From NCBI GenBank assembly GCA_963727825.1, contig CAVSHO010000009.1, positions 384,001 through 448,000 on the forward strand: 64,000 bases of DNA, given 5' to 3'. The notes beneath the pieces are model-generated. The model saw only the letters and a program-made list of their open reading frames with translations, was not told the origin of the DNA and made no database searches. This DNA comes from Ignavibacteriota bacterium. GTDB taxonomy: Bacteria; Bacteroidota; Ignavibacteria; UBA10030. This document shows positions 19,143 through 29,664 of the stretch, piece after piece. A program made the position numbers and the translations under genes. How positions within the stretch are numbered: position 1 is the stretch's first letter; each line of letters begins with the position of its first letter.

Positions 19143-19261
19143 GAGACTGTGTAAAAAGTCTTTATTGTCACGCTGAGCGTAGCGAAGAGTCTCTTTTTCG
19201 GTTCAGCTTCTTCACTTCGTTCAGAATGACAAGACCCTTTTTCTGGTTTTGACACAAACTC
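19143..19261. repeat. REP/MITE-like nested inverted repeat
   Basis: Inner IR TTGTCACGCTGAGCGTAGCGAAGA...TCTTCACTTCGTTCAGAATGACAA (19165-19232); outer IR GAGACTGTGTAAAAA / TTTTGACACAAACTC. Confidence 0.8.
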
Positions 19262-19308
19262 GATACATTCGGCAGTGGAGCCACGGGCTAGGCAAACTGT
19301 TAATAAAC

Positions 19309-19640
19309 TTATAGTGAACTTTTCGATTTCCATAGCTTTTGAGCACGTTCTCCAAGCCATGCACCTAAAATCGAAAAAAAGAAGAATATTAAAGTTATGA
19401 CAAGCAATTGTATGGGAGACTGAGAAAATGTTAGTTCTACTGGTCCACTACTAAATATTTTTTTAAATATTACTATTATAATGAAAAAAAGATCAATGAA
19501 TACTCCTGCTGCTATTGCTGGTTCCCAAATTGTCACTCCTTCTGATAAGTAGCCTGTGATTGCTCCGATAATACTTATTCCTGCAAACAACCATATACCG
19601 ATAAATAATGAGCTGCCGACGTCGCTTGAATTATTGGAGT
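19309..19640 (-). pseudogene. Membrane protein fragment (3 hydrophobic helices), no clear start outside rhaT
   Basis: The ORF track start lies inside rhaT; only the hydrophobic 3' part looks coding. Confidence 0.45.
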
Positions 19641-19661
19641 CTTGTCGGCTGAAGTTTCCTT

Positions 19662-20726
19662 TTAGGTTAATCTGCCTGCGTAACCCGATAAGATAGACGT
19701 CATCACGAGCAGCGATAGGCCAGCAGTCAGAATTAGTTTTGTCTTTCGGCTGGTACCCTTCCACTCACCTAAAAAAACACCAATAATCGAACCGAACAAT
19801 ATTTGGCAAGCCATCAGCAGCGCCCATCCCACATACGCCGTTGGACCCATAGCAGGTTCACCTGTCTTGAAGCAAACGAATTGTGAACACCAAATAGTGC
19901 CTGCAATGCCCGCGAATATCAGGTTCGCTAATAACGGAGTCTCGGCTTTAATATAGTCTTTAATAGTTTTATTCTTCATGTTGAGATATAAACACCACAA
20001 AAAATTCACAGTCAATCCGCCGAGAAGTACAACCACCAGCACGGGCATACCAGCCCAAGTCTTCGACGTAGTAGGCATGGTAATTAAAGCTAGCTCCTGA
20101 ATTTTAGATCCACCCACAAGTCCAAGTCCCATTGCCGAACTCATCAGTCCCGAAAACAACGCCGCTACCAAACCCTTTTTAAAATCGAATTCAGCTACAC
20201 CTTGCTTCTTTTGCGCATCTGATAGCTCCTTCTCTTTCGACATTCCGGCTATACCGATTAGAACAATACCAGTCAGAGAAATCAGTACGCCGACAAACGA
20301 AATAATGCCCGCGCTTGACTCGAACAAACTTCCGAATTCACCCTTTATCAACTTGGGAATTAAAGTGCCAGCAGCAGAACATATGCCGCATCCGAATGCC
20401 AGGCCAAGACCAACGCCGAGGAAGCGTATCATCAAACCCCATGTAAGTCCACCGATTCCCCATGCAGCACCGCAGATGTAACAATAAATTATTTCATTTG
20501 TGGGAGCCGCTTTCAGAACTGAAAATACGTTGGGTGATACAGCAAGAGTAATTGCCCATGGCACTATTAATAAACCAAATAAAGCATAGATGAGCCAGTA
20601 GCTTTCCCATGCCCAGTTCTTAACTTTTTTAAAAGGAAGATAAAAGACAGCGCCGGCAAGTCCGCCCAGTGCAAAGATGAGCACGCCCAGTGTCGGATTG
20701 TTTGCAGCGTTTGCTAAGTCATTCAT
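19662..20726 (-). CDS. rhaT: L-rhamnose/H+ symporter
   Basis: FYLPFKKVKNWAWESYW, WGIGGLTWGL, GEWKG; rha context. Confidence 0.92.
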   Translation of the reverse strand: MNDLANAANNPTLGVLIFALGGLAGAVFYLPFKKVKNWAWESYWLIYALFGLLIVPWAITLAVSPNVFSVLKAAPTNEIIYCYICGAAWGIGGLTWGLMIRFLGVGLGLAFGCGICSAAGTLIPKLIKGEFGSLFESSAGIISFVGVLISLTGIVLIGIAGMSKEKELSDAQKKQGVAEFDFKKGLVAALFSGLMSSAMGLGLVGGSKIQELALITMPTTSKTWAGMPVLVVVLLGGLTVNFLWCLYLNMKNKTIKDYIKAETPLLANLIFAGIAGTIWCSQFVCFKTGEPAMGPTAYVGWALLMACQILFGSIIGVFLGEWKGTSRKTKLILTAGLSLLVMTSILSGYAGRLT

Positions 20727-20749
20727 AGAATGTTCCTTCTTTCACTAAA

Positions 20750-22012
20750 CTATTTGCGTTTTGAAAGTATATTAGTCTCGTACTTTTTTACTTCGGCTAA
20801 CCAGTTCATTCCTACAGGAACATTCTTCTGACTGCAGTAATAATCCCACACAGCAGAGAACGGCATGGTCTTAAGTTCTTCCATCAACGCAAGACGGGAA
20901 GTGAAATCTCCTTCGGCTTCCAACGCTTTAAGTTTTTTACTCGGTTCGAGCAATGCAAAGCATAGGGCTCTCTGCATGTTGCGCATACCTATAACCCATG
21001 CGGCCACCCGGTTGATACTCGCGTCAAAATAATCAAGGCCGATGTGTGTACGTTCAAGATAATTTCCACGCACCAGTTCCTGCGCAATGGCAATCAGATC
21101 GTCGTTCAACACAATCACATGATCACTGTCCCAGCGGACACCACGGCTCACATGCAAAAGAATTTCATCGACAAATGTGAGCACCGACGATATTTTGTCT
21201 GATATGGTTTCTGTCGGATGGTAATGACCAGCATCAAGGGTTAAAAGTTTTCCCTTCTTCGCAGCATACGCCAGATAGAATTCGTGGGAGCCCACAGTGT
21301 AGCTTTCGACACCTACACCGAATAACTTCCCCTCGATAGCATCGAGGTTGTATTTGGGGCTGAGTTTTTCGGCAAACACCTGGTCGAGTGCTTCTCTCAG
21401 ACGTTCACGCGGACCCTTACGGTCAGCCGGTGTGTCTTTCATACCATCAGGAATCCAAATATTGGTGACCGCAGGTGTGCCAAGCGCTTTGCCCATTGCC
21501 TCGCCAATTTTTCGGCACGCGATGCAATGGTCGATCCAGAATTGACGCACGGACTTATCTTTGTGTGACAACGTAAATCCATCTGCGGCTTTAGGATGCG
21601 CAAAACAAGTTGGATTAAAATCCATACTGATGCCGAGTGACTTCGCCCAGTCAATCCAATTTTTATAATGTTCTGGCTTGAGATTATCGCGATCGACTTT
21701 TTTGCCAGAAGGAAATTCCACGTAAAATGAATGAAAATTGAGTCTGTGTTTTCCTGGAATAAGAGAGAATGCTTTTTCAATATCGGCTTTTAATTCAGCG
21801 GGATTGCGGGCTTTGCCGGAATAATTGCCGGTTACGGCTAAGCCGCCGCCGAGGTCCGATCCTATGTTTTCGAAACCGCCGACATCATCCCCCTGCCAGC
21901 AGTGCATGGAAATAGAAATGGTTTTCAGTTTGGCAATTGCCTTGTCTGTGTCAACACCAATCTCCGCATATCTTTCTTTTGCAACCTGATATTGTTGGTC
22001 GATTATTTTCAT
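20750..22012 (-). CDS. rhaA: L-rhamnose isomerase
   Basis: [39 protein letters not shown]. Confidence 0.97.
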   Translation of the reverse strand: MKIIDQQYQVAKERYAEIGVDTDKAIAKLKTISISMHCWQGDDVGGFENIGSDLGGGLAVTGNYSGKARNPAELKADIEKAFSLIPGKHRLNFHSFYVEFPSGKKVDRDNLKPEHYKNWIDWAKSLGISMDFNPTCFAHPKAADGFTLSHKDKSVRQFWIDHCIACRKIGEAMGKALGTPAVTNIWIPDGMKDTPADRKGPRERLREALDQVFAEKLSPKYNLDAIEGKLFGVGVESYTVGSHEFYLAYAAKKGKLLTLDAGHYHPTETISDKISSVLTFVDEILLHVSRGVRWDSDHVIVLNDDLIAIAQELVRGNYLERTHIGLDYFDASINRVAAWVIGMRNMQRALCFALLEPSKKLKALEAEGDFTSRLALMEELKTMPFSAVWDYYCSQKNVPVGMNWLAEVKKYETNILSKRK

Positions 22013-22021
22013 AAGATGTCC

Positions 22022-23496
22022 TTATATGAATAATGATTTATGTTCTCGGAATATATTGCTCCATTGTTCAGTCTTCGCCGGTAGATACGTTTTCAGTGGA
22101 AATGAATTTGCAATAATTTCGCGTCCGGAATTTATCGATTCGATTTTCTTTTTCGCAATCGCCTGCATCAACACATTTCCGATTGCCGTTGCTTCCACCG
22201 GCCCTGCTACAACAGGAATTCCGCATGCATCAGCTGTGAATTGATTCAATAGTTCATTCTTCGAACCACCGCCGACGATGTGAAGTTGTTCAATGGAAGC
22301 ACCGCTTACGGTGCAAATATTTTCAAGGATTGCTTTATATTTAAGTGCAAGGCTTTCCAGGATACAACGAGTAAACTCGCCGGGGGTTTGTGGTGAGAGC
22401 TGGCCGGTTTTACTGCAAAACGCTCGTATTGTATCGGGCATATCCGGCGGATTAAGGAACGAAGTGTCATCCGGATTTATGATGTGGATAAACTCTTTTT
22501 CTTTAAGTGCCAATTTTACAAGTTCGTCATATTCGCACGCAGTGCCCTGTTGTATAAAACTTTTACGTGTTTGCTGGAGCAGCCAAAGCCCCATGACGTT
22601 CTTTAAAAACCGGATTGTTCCAAACACTCCACCTTCATTCGTAAAATTATTTTTTAGTGACCGCTCGTTGATAATCGGTTTTTGTGTTTCAATTCCGATT
22701 AGCGACCACGTGCCTGAACTTAAATATGACCAATTCTTTTTCTGTGCAGGTACTGCTGCAATTGCGCTTGCCGTGTCGTGGCAGCCGACCGCAACAACAT
22801 CAACATCTCCCAGCCCGGTTTCCTCGCATATTTCCGGCAGTAATTTTCCGACAACCGTTCCCGGCATTATTATCGGTGCGGTAATCTGTATTGGCAATCC
22901 GAGCGAAGAGAATATTTTCTTATCGTATAATTTTGTTCCGGCATTTAAAAGCTGAGAAGTAGAAGCAATCGTGTATTCATTTCTCATTACACCGGTAAGA
23001 AAAAAGTTAAACAAATCCGGAATGAACAACAACCTGGCATCACAGCTCAATGCAGGATCATTGTACAGTTTAGCACTATAAAGCTGAAAGACAGAGTTGA
23101 ATTGCATGAACTGGATGCCGGTAATGCCGTATAGTTCTTCGCGTGAAATTTTTTCAAATGCTTTTTCCATAATGCCGTTTGTGCGCACATCACGATAGCG
23201 TATGGGAATCCGAACAAAGCATTGTCATTTCCGACAAATCCAAAATCAACTCCCCACGTATCAATACCGATGGATTGAATATCGGAATGCCCTTTTTGAA
23301 CAGCGAGTTTCAAACCGGTTTTTATCTCTTCAAATAAGGTGAGAACATCCCAATGCAAATGACCGAGAATTTCTATTTGTCGATTCTGGAATCTATGAAT
23401 TTCTTCGATCTGGAATGTATTGCCGTCAAGAATACCTATTATCGCGCGACCACTTTCCGCACCAAAATCAAAAGCAAGATATTTTGATAATGCCAC
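22022..23496 (-). pseudogene. rhaB: Rhamnulokinase split by a 1-nt deletion near 23196 (real lesion or sequencing error)
   Basis: AFDFGAESGR, GIDTWGVDF in the 5' ORF; HDTASA, YLSSGTWSL, FTNEGG in the 3' ORF; adding one T restores PYAYRDVRT. Confidence 0.9.
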
Positions 23497-23665
23497 AGGA
23501 GTACCGGATCCTTTCTATTTAATCCTATATTCTTTGTACGAGCTAAACCATTGTTGAAGAGAACCAATGCCGCGACCTGCCAGTTCTACCCATATGAACA
23601 TTATGCACACCAAGATATTATTGAATGTTTCTTCACGCTTGGGCAATAGGTAGTGTACATTGGAG

Positions 23666-24367
23666 TTACGGTCGTATCGTCTTCGACAAGGGAGTTGCAT
23701 CGCACAAAGCCACGCGCCCTGGCAGCTTGAATTTTTCCCTGAGCCCCATAAGACGATCTCTCTCATATTCGGAAAGAACATTGAGATTTCCCAATTGGAT
23801 GGCTTTCCAAATGATAGTTGCCGTATGTTCAAGAGTTTCCATTTTATGATAGGCATCAATCAAATCGATCCCGAGGGTGAGCGCACCGTGATTTTCCAGC
23901 AATATTACATCCGATGTTTTTATATATTCGTGAATAGCGTCGGGAATTTCCATCGTTGAAGGCAATCCATATTTTGCGATTGGGACCGCACCAAGAACAA
24001 TCGTTGCTTCAGGCAACACGCACTTGTTTAAGGGTATTCCCGCTACAGCAAAGCTTGTGGCATATGTCGGATGCGCATGCACTACGGATTTGATATCCGG
24101 GCGTTCTTTGTAAACTTCCAGATGCATTTTAAGTTCACTTGACGGCTGATATTTAGCATTACCAGAAATGACTTTTCCACTTCTATCAACTTTGATGATC
24201 ATTTCCATTGTTAAGAAACCCTTGCTCACTCCATGCGGCGTTGTGAGCACTTCATCCTCATTTATCATAACTGAAATATTGCCATCGTTAGAAGCCACAT
24301 AACCTCGTATCCATATCCTGCGCCCTATATCAATAATCAGTTTTTTCAATTTCCGTTCTTTATTCAT
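23666..24367 (-). CDS. Class II aldolase (rhamnulose/fuculose-1-phosphate aldolase-like)
   Basis: NDGNIS, PSSE..MH, VVHAHP, LENHG; likely start MNKERK at 24367 with a GGAG RBS. Confidence 0.9.
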   Translation of the reverse strand: MNKERKLKKLIIDIGRRIWIRGYVASNDGNISVMINEDEVLTTPHGVSKGFLTMEMIIKVDRSGKVISGNAKYQPSSELKMHLEVYKERPDIKSVVHAHPTYATSFAVAGIPLNKCVLPEATIVLGAVPIAKYGLPSTMEIPDAIHEYIKTSDVILLENHGALTLGIDLIDAYHKMETLEHTATIIWKAIQLGNLNVLSEYERDRLMGLREKFKLPGRVALCDATPLSKTIRP

Positions 24368-24381
24368 TGTATAACTCCGAT

Positions 24382-25583
24382 CAGTGCTGTCCAAAATAAG
24401 TTGGGTTAGTTCATAGAAATAGTAAATCCATGTCAATGAGAGCTACCATAAGAATGATGACTGCGCTTTTAGTATTTTAAGAATCAGGATAACCAATAAT
24501 GCTGTCCAAATCTGAATTTTTAGTGCATTGGCACTGGTACCGACAAAGGTCTTAATCTTCAGAATCTGTTTGATTGTTTTAATCCTGCAAAGCGGGACAA
24601 TTTGCCAACGTTCTTTGTAAATAAGTGCAATAGTTGTGCTGCTGAAGGTGAGATGATTCGTCAACAAAACGATTACTTGCTGATTTTCCTCATCCCATAC
24701 CTCAATACGGCGTAAATCGTAATCGCATTTTTCTGAGGTAACAGTTCCGTTGAATTGAATGATTTCGTCTTTGAGAATGTTGCTGTTTTTCGGTATCCGA
24801 TTGATGTTCACAATATCGTAGGTAGCATTGCTTTTCATTCGTGTGACGAAGTATATGTCCTGTTTACACCAGCTAGAGAATTGTTCATAATCCGTATACC
24901 CTCGATCAAAGACAATAATACTGTGCGCCGGAAACCTGAATTTATTGGCGATATGTCTCTTGCGACAGTTACTTCGTGTGTTTTTCCATCGGTAATATGA
25001 GCAAAGGCTGGAAGATAACCATCATGGTCGAGTAATAGGTGCAGTTTAACAGCTCCCTTGGTGCTACGAAACTTTGCCCAATCAAAGAGACTCAGGCAAA
25101 GATTAATTACTGTGGCATCTATACCAAAGAGCTTATTCTTGAATCGAAACGTTCTCTTTCCTTTAATACTGGATTGAGCGTGCGCTAAAGTTCGATAAAA
25201 TGTTTCTTCAAATATCTGATAAGGACGGTGTTTGTTTGCATAGGACAAGGTCGATCGTTTGGGACTCTCGCATAAACCCAGATGGGATAATTTTCCCATA
25301 CAAGTTACTAAGCCACCACAAATCTCACGTAATGTCTGTGCTTTTCCTAAATGACAAAACATCATGCTTACCATCTGCTCCTAACAGGTAAAGCCCTTGA
25401 CGTATCGTTCTCCTTTATGTCTGCACACACTGATAGCGAATGTGGATTTATCGATATGTGATACTATTTGTGAAAAAATGTTCGTACCCTTGATTGACAT
25501 ATGTCGCTCCGTTTTGTTGGTGTTTCTTGTTGTCTTTCAACTACACGATACCACTTTCCGAAGTCTTTAATTTGGACGGGTCT
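24382..25583 (-). mobile_element. Degenerate IS4-family element (DUF4372 + DDE transposase pseudogene, ATG at 25500)
   Basis: TLREICGGL, RSTLSYANKHR, GIDAT, GAVKLHLLLD, VFDRGY, IYKERWQI; TAG at 25381-25383, frameshift near 24950; ends CAGTGCTGTCCAAAATAAG and imperfect CTTTAATTTGGACGGGTCT. Confidence 0.88.
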
Positions 25584-25591
25584 TTAATATT

Positions 25592-26035
25592 TTATTTAAT
25601 TGGTTTATTAAGTAAAAGCCAATATAATCCGATTTCATCAACTGCTTTGATAAAATTTTCGGATTCGACTGGTTTGACAATGTAACTGTTTACGCCCAGT
25701 CTATAGCTCTCGACAACATCGCGTTCTTCATCGGATGATGTTAATACTACAATAGGTATTGCCTTTTTGTCTTCATCACTTTTTAAGCGCTTCAAAATTT
25801 CCAAACCGTCAATCTTTGGTAACTTTAAATCCAATAAAATTAATTTCGGATTAAGAGCCCCAACTCTATCCGCATATTTACCTTTCGAGTAAATAAAATT
25901 CAGAGCATCCTCTCCATCTACAAGGACTTTAATATTATTTTCCAGATTCATTCTTTTCAATGATCTTAAGGTTAGTTCAGCGTCCTCTTTACTGTCCTCT
26001 ATCAATAAAAGCTCGATAATTTGTTCATCTACCAT
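25592..26035 (-). CDS. Single-domain response regulator (Rcp1/phytochrome-partner type)
   Basis: LLIEDS, ILLDLKLPKIDG, VVLTSS.EE.D, YIVKP, YWL. Confidence 0.93.
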   Translation of the reverse strand: MVDEQIIELLLIEDSKEDAELTLRSLKRMNLENNIKVLVDGEDALNFIYSKGKYADRVGALNPKLILLDLKLPKIDGLEILKRLKSDEDKKAIPIVVLTSSDEERDVVESYRLGVNSYIVKPVESENFIKAVDEIGLYWLLLNKPIK

Positions 26036-26037
26036 TT

Positions 26038-29000
26038 TTAATCCTCCCTTTGGGGTATTGAGAAATAAAATGTTGCTCCTTTATTGATCTCCCCAATAGC
26101 CCAAACATGTCCATTATGCCGTTGAATTATTCTTTGAACAATTGCTAATCCTGCGCCGGTACCTGCAAACTCACGATCACTGTGTAATCGTTGAAACACA
26201 CCAAACAATTTATGAACATACTCCTGATTGAAGCCTGCACCATTATCTTTAACATAGTATATTTTGCTTACACCTTCAGTCCAGCATCCGATTTCAATTT
26301 CCGGATTAGGGATCTTTGACGAAAATTTTATGGCATTAGATATCAGATTTTGCCAGACCTGTTTCATTAGTGATTGATCGCCATACATTTGCGCTAAAGA
26401 ATGAATTTTTATTTCGTTTTTACTTCGGTTTGTATTTTCCAATAATTCGTTGATTACCGTATTTACTATCATTTCCACATCGATAAATTGCTTTTTCAGT
26501 TCTGTTCGAGAAGCCCTTGAAAATTCCAGTAATTCGCTAATGAGATTTCCCATCTTAACTGAACTGGAAGCGATTACATCGAGTAACCGTCTACCTTCAT
26601 CGTCTACTTTATTATCATACTCCTCTTTAAAAATCTTACTGTATGCATTGATTGCCCGTAAAGGCGCTCTAAGATCGTGAGAGACAGAGTATGAAAATGC
26701 TTCCAACTCTTTATTGGTAAATTCCAATTGGGCAGTTCGTTCTGAAACACGTTTTTCCAGCTCTCTATTAATAGCAATAATTCTTCTTGTTCTAATTTTA
26801 TAACCGAGTAATAATATTCCTATTAGTATTGAAGCAGCAAGAAATTTGAACCAAAGAGTTGCCCAAAACGGCGGTGTAATCTTTATTTGAAGCGAAATTT
26901 CGGGACTATTCCAAACACCATTTTGATTAAAAGCTTTCACATATAATATATACTTACCTGACGGTATTTTTGTATAAGTTGCGTAATGTCTATTCCCAAT
27001 ATTATTCCAGAATTTATCGTAGCCTTCCAGAAAATATGAGTATTGAATCTTATCCGGATTTGAGTAATCAAGCAATAAAAACTCGATGGAAAAAACCTCA
27101 TCTTTATAAGAAAGTGTAATTTCTTTTTGTTCCGTTATTGATTTAGTTAGAATGATTCTCCCATCAACAGGTTTATTAATCGGAATTGATTTATTAAACA
27201 ATTGAATATCCGTAAATACTATAGGAGGAATAAATGTTTTATAAATTATTTTCTCAGGCCAGAATGAATTAAATCCCTTTATTCCACCAAAGAAAATTTC
27301 TCCGGTTAGACTATAACAAAAAGAGTTTACATGAAACTCATTGTTTATCAATCCATCATGCGCATAAAAATTAAAGATTCTTTTTTGAGTAAGATCTATT
27401 TTTGATATTCCGTTTCTTGTGCTCAGCCACAAATTGCCTTTTTTATCTTCCAAAATACTATGAACTGAACTCGATATTAATCCATCTTTTTCTGAGATAA
27501 CAGTGACCTCTTTCTTTATAGGATCATAACAATTCAATCCTCCTCCGCCAGTTCCAATCCATAATCCGTATTTATTTTGAAAAAGGGTTAATACTCTGTC
27601 ATTATTAATTCTAACTGTGCTTTTTGAATTACTGTTTATATATTGAATGAATTTCCCTTTTATTCTATCCAATATACTCACACCACCTTCGTCGGAACCT
27701 GCCAGAATATCCCCATCCTGATTTTCAATTAGTACTCGTATAATATTGAATTTTGAATTTATTGAAGCCGGAATATCATTAATGTAATGAACAAACCGAT
27801 TGTGCACACAATCATATTTATCAATTAAACTGCTATTTGATCCGATCCAAACTCCTCCCTTATGATCAATCAATATACTCTTTATCAAATTATTGCTGAT
27901 CGAATAGGGATCTTGAGGATTATTGAAATATCTATAAAATTTATTTTCCTTTTTATTAAATCTGTTTAATCCATTGTCTGTGCCTATCCATAATGTCCCA
28001 TTAGTATCTTTATAAATACAACGAACAATATTATTGCTTATGGAATATTCATTATTTTGATTGTTAACATAGAATTTAAATCCATAGCTCTCTCTATCAA
28101 ATAATACCAATCCACTCCATGTACCAATCCAGATGAATTTTCCTTTATCATCAGGATCTTCATAAAAACAAGTTACATTGTTGCTAAAAAGATTTTTGTT
28201 TTGTGAACGAATGGTATAAAATAAGAATTGATTTTTCCATTTATCGTACTTACTTATACCCCCATAAGCTGTTCCTATCCAAATAATTCCAGAGTTATCT
28301 TCTATTATCGTGTAAATAGAATTGCTACCTATACTAGTTGGGTTATCTGGATCATTTTGATAATGGATGAATCTATCATAAATAGGGTCGTATTTATCCA
28401 ATCCTCCGCCAAAGGTACCTATCCAAAGATTTCCTGATTTATCTTTCAATAAGGCTCTTACATAATTATTACTTATACTAAATGGATTCTTGGGGTCGTT
28501 TATATAGCGCTTAAATTTGTTTGTTTTTTTATCAAATTTATTAAGTCCGCCATTTTGTGTCCCTATCCAAAGAAATCCGTTTTTGTCTTCACATATACTA
28601 TAACAACTATTCATACTAATACTGTTGGGATTAGTATCATTGTGCATATATCGCAGGAATATTTCCTTTTCGCTATTAAAAAGATTTAATCCATTGTCAG
28701 TTCCTATCCAAATATTACCTTCGCTATCTTCATATATTGCACGAATGGAATTGTTGCTTATACTTAGATTGTTTTTAGGATCGTTTTTATAAATTTTGAA
28801 AGAATTATTTTTGTAGTTGTAAATGTTCAATCCATTTTCAGTCGCAATCCAAAGTAATCCGTTTTTATCCAGATGAATTTTTCTAATGTGGTCGTTTGAG
28901 ATACTATTTTTATTGTTGTTATTTTCTACAAATCTTGTAAATGTTTCTGTATCTTTATCATATTTATCTAATCCTCCATCTGTGCCAACCCAGATATTTC

Positions 29001-29286
29001 CTTCGTAATCCTCACATATATCCCAAATAAAACTACGACTTATGCTAGTAGAATCTTCTGGGATATATCTAAAAATCTTAAATCGGTTACCATCATATCT
29101 GTTTAGACCGTCAATGGTTCCAAACCAAATAAAACCTTTTTTGTCCTGGTAAATAGTAGAAACTGAACTCTGGGAGAGACCCTGGTCGGTAGTTATGTTT
29201 TCGAATCTTATATTATCTTTTTGTGCCCAAATCTGATTTGAAAAGGCAAAGAAAAATATATAAACCATTATTTCTTTTCTTTTCAT
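26038..29286 (-). CDS. Sensor histidine kinase with beta-propeller (Reg_prop) repeats and a Y_Y_Y domain
   Basis: Many D..G.IWIGT..GL repeats, YSYFLEGYD, PPFW TM helix, ELEAFSYSVSHDLRAPLR H-box, N/G1/F/G2 boxes. Confidence 0.94.
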   Translation of the reverse strand: MKRKEIMVYIFFFAFSNQIWAQKDNIRFENITTDQGLSQSSVSTIYQDKKGFIWFGTIDGLNRYDGNRFKIFRYIPEDSTSISRSFIWDICEDYEGNIWVGTDGGLDKYDKDTETFTRFVENNNNKNSISNDHIRKIHLDKNGLLWIATENGLNIYNYKNNSFKIYKNDPKNNLSISNNSIRAIYEDSEGNIWIGTDNGLNLFNSEKEIFLRYMHNDTNPNSISMNSCYSICEDKNGFLWIGTQNGGLNKFDKKTNKFKRYINDPKNPFSISNNYVRALLKDKSGNLWIGTFGGGLDKYDPIYDRFIHYQNDPDNPTSIGSNSIYTIIEDNSGIIWIGTAYGGISKYDKWKNQFLFYTIRSQNKNLFSNNVTCFYEDPDDKGKFIWIGTWSGLVLFDRESYGFKFYVNNQNNEYSISNNIVRCIYKDTNGTLWIGTDNGLNRFNKKENKFYRYFNNPQDPYSISNNLIKSILIDHKGGVWIGSNSSLIDKYDCVHNRFVHYINDIPASINSKFNIIRVLIENQDGDILAGSDEGGVSILDRIKGKFIQYINSNSKSTVRINNDRVLTLFQNKYGLWIGTGGGGLNCYDPIKKEVTVISEKDGLISSSVHSILEDKKGNLWLSTRNGISKIDLTQKRIFNFYAHDGLINNEFHVNSFCYSLTGEIFFGGIKGFNSFWPEKIIYKTFIPPIVFTDIQLFNKSIPINKPVDGRIILTKSITEQKEITLSYKDEVFSIEFLLLDYSNPDKIQYSYFLEGYDKFWNNIGNRHYATYTKIPSGKYILYVKAFNQNGVWNSPEISLQIKITPPFWATLWFKFLAASILIGILLLGYKIRTRRIIAINRELEKRVSERTAQLEFTNKELEAFSYSVSHDLRAPLRAINAYSKIFKEEYDNKVDDEGRRLLDVIASSSVKMGNLISELLEFSRASRTELKKQFIDVEMIVNTVINELLENTNRSKNEIKIHSLAQMYGDQSLMKQVWQNLISNAIKFSSKIPNPEIEIGCWTEGVSKIYYVKDNGAGFNQEYVHKLFGVFQRLHSDREFAGTGAGLAIVQRIIQRHNGHVWAIGEINKGATFYFSIPQRED

Positions 29287-29557
29287 ATAGATTACCAGTC
29301 ACTTCTATAAACTACTTTTATGAAAAGATTCTTTTCTTTGTAATAGCCTTGTTGAAAGGTAAATTTTAAATGCGAGTATTTCAAATGGTTGGACTATTCA
29401 ATTATATTTATATCCATATATTTTGGGACTAGCATGAAAACGTTAATTGGCTTTAGGTCGTAACGGCCAATTGATTTGAACCAGTTTTACCGATACAGAA
29501 GTTGCCACCGCTTATCTTAGCCTACAAATGGTTCACTGAGAAAAAATACAATAATTC

Positions 29558-29575
29558 CGTATTGTTCGTATTGTT
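29558..29575 (+). promoter_or_regulatory. Tandem 9-bp direct repeat, candidate regulator site
   Basis: CGTATTGTT CGTATTGTT in the divergent intergenic region. Confidence 0.4.
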
Positions 29576-29664
29576 AAAACGAAAAAACTAACTTATAATT
29601 GGTATGCAAATTGGGGGGTAGGTCAAATTTTTAAGTGGATTTTCAATATTGGAAGAATATATAG

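Noticed and set aside
23515-23859. Alternative-frame extension of the aldolase carrying an encapsulation peptide
   Set aside because: The translated tail does not show a convincing amphipathic helix, and the aldolase ends normally
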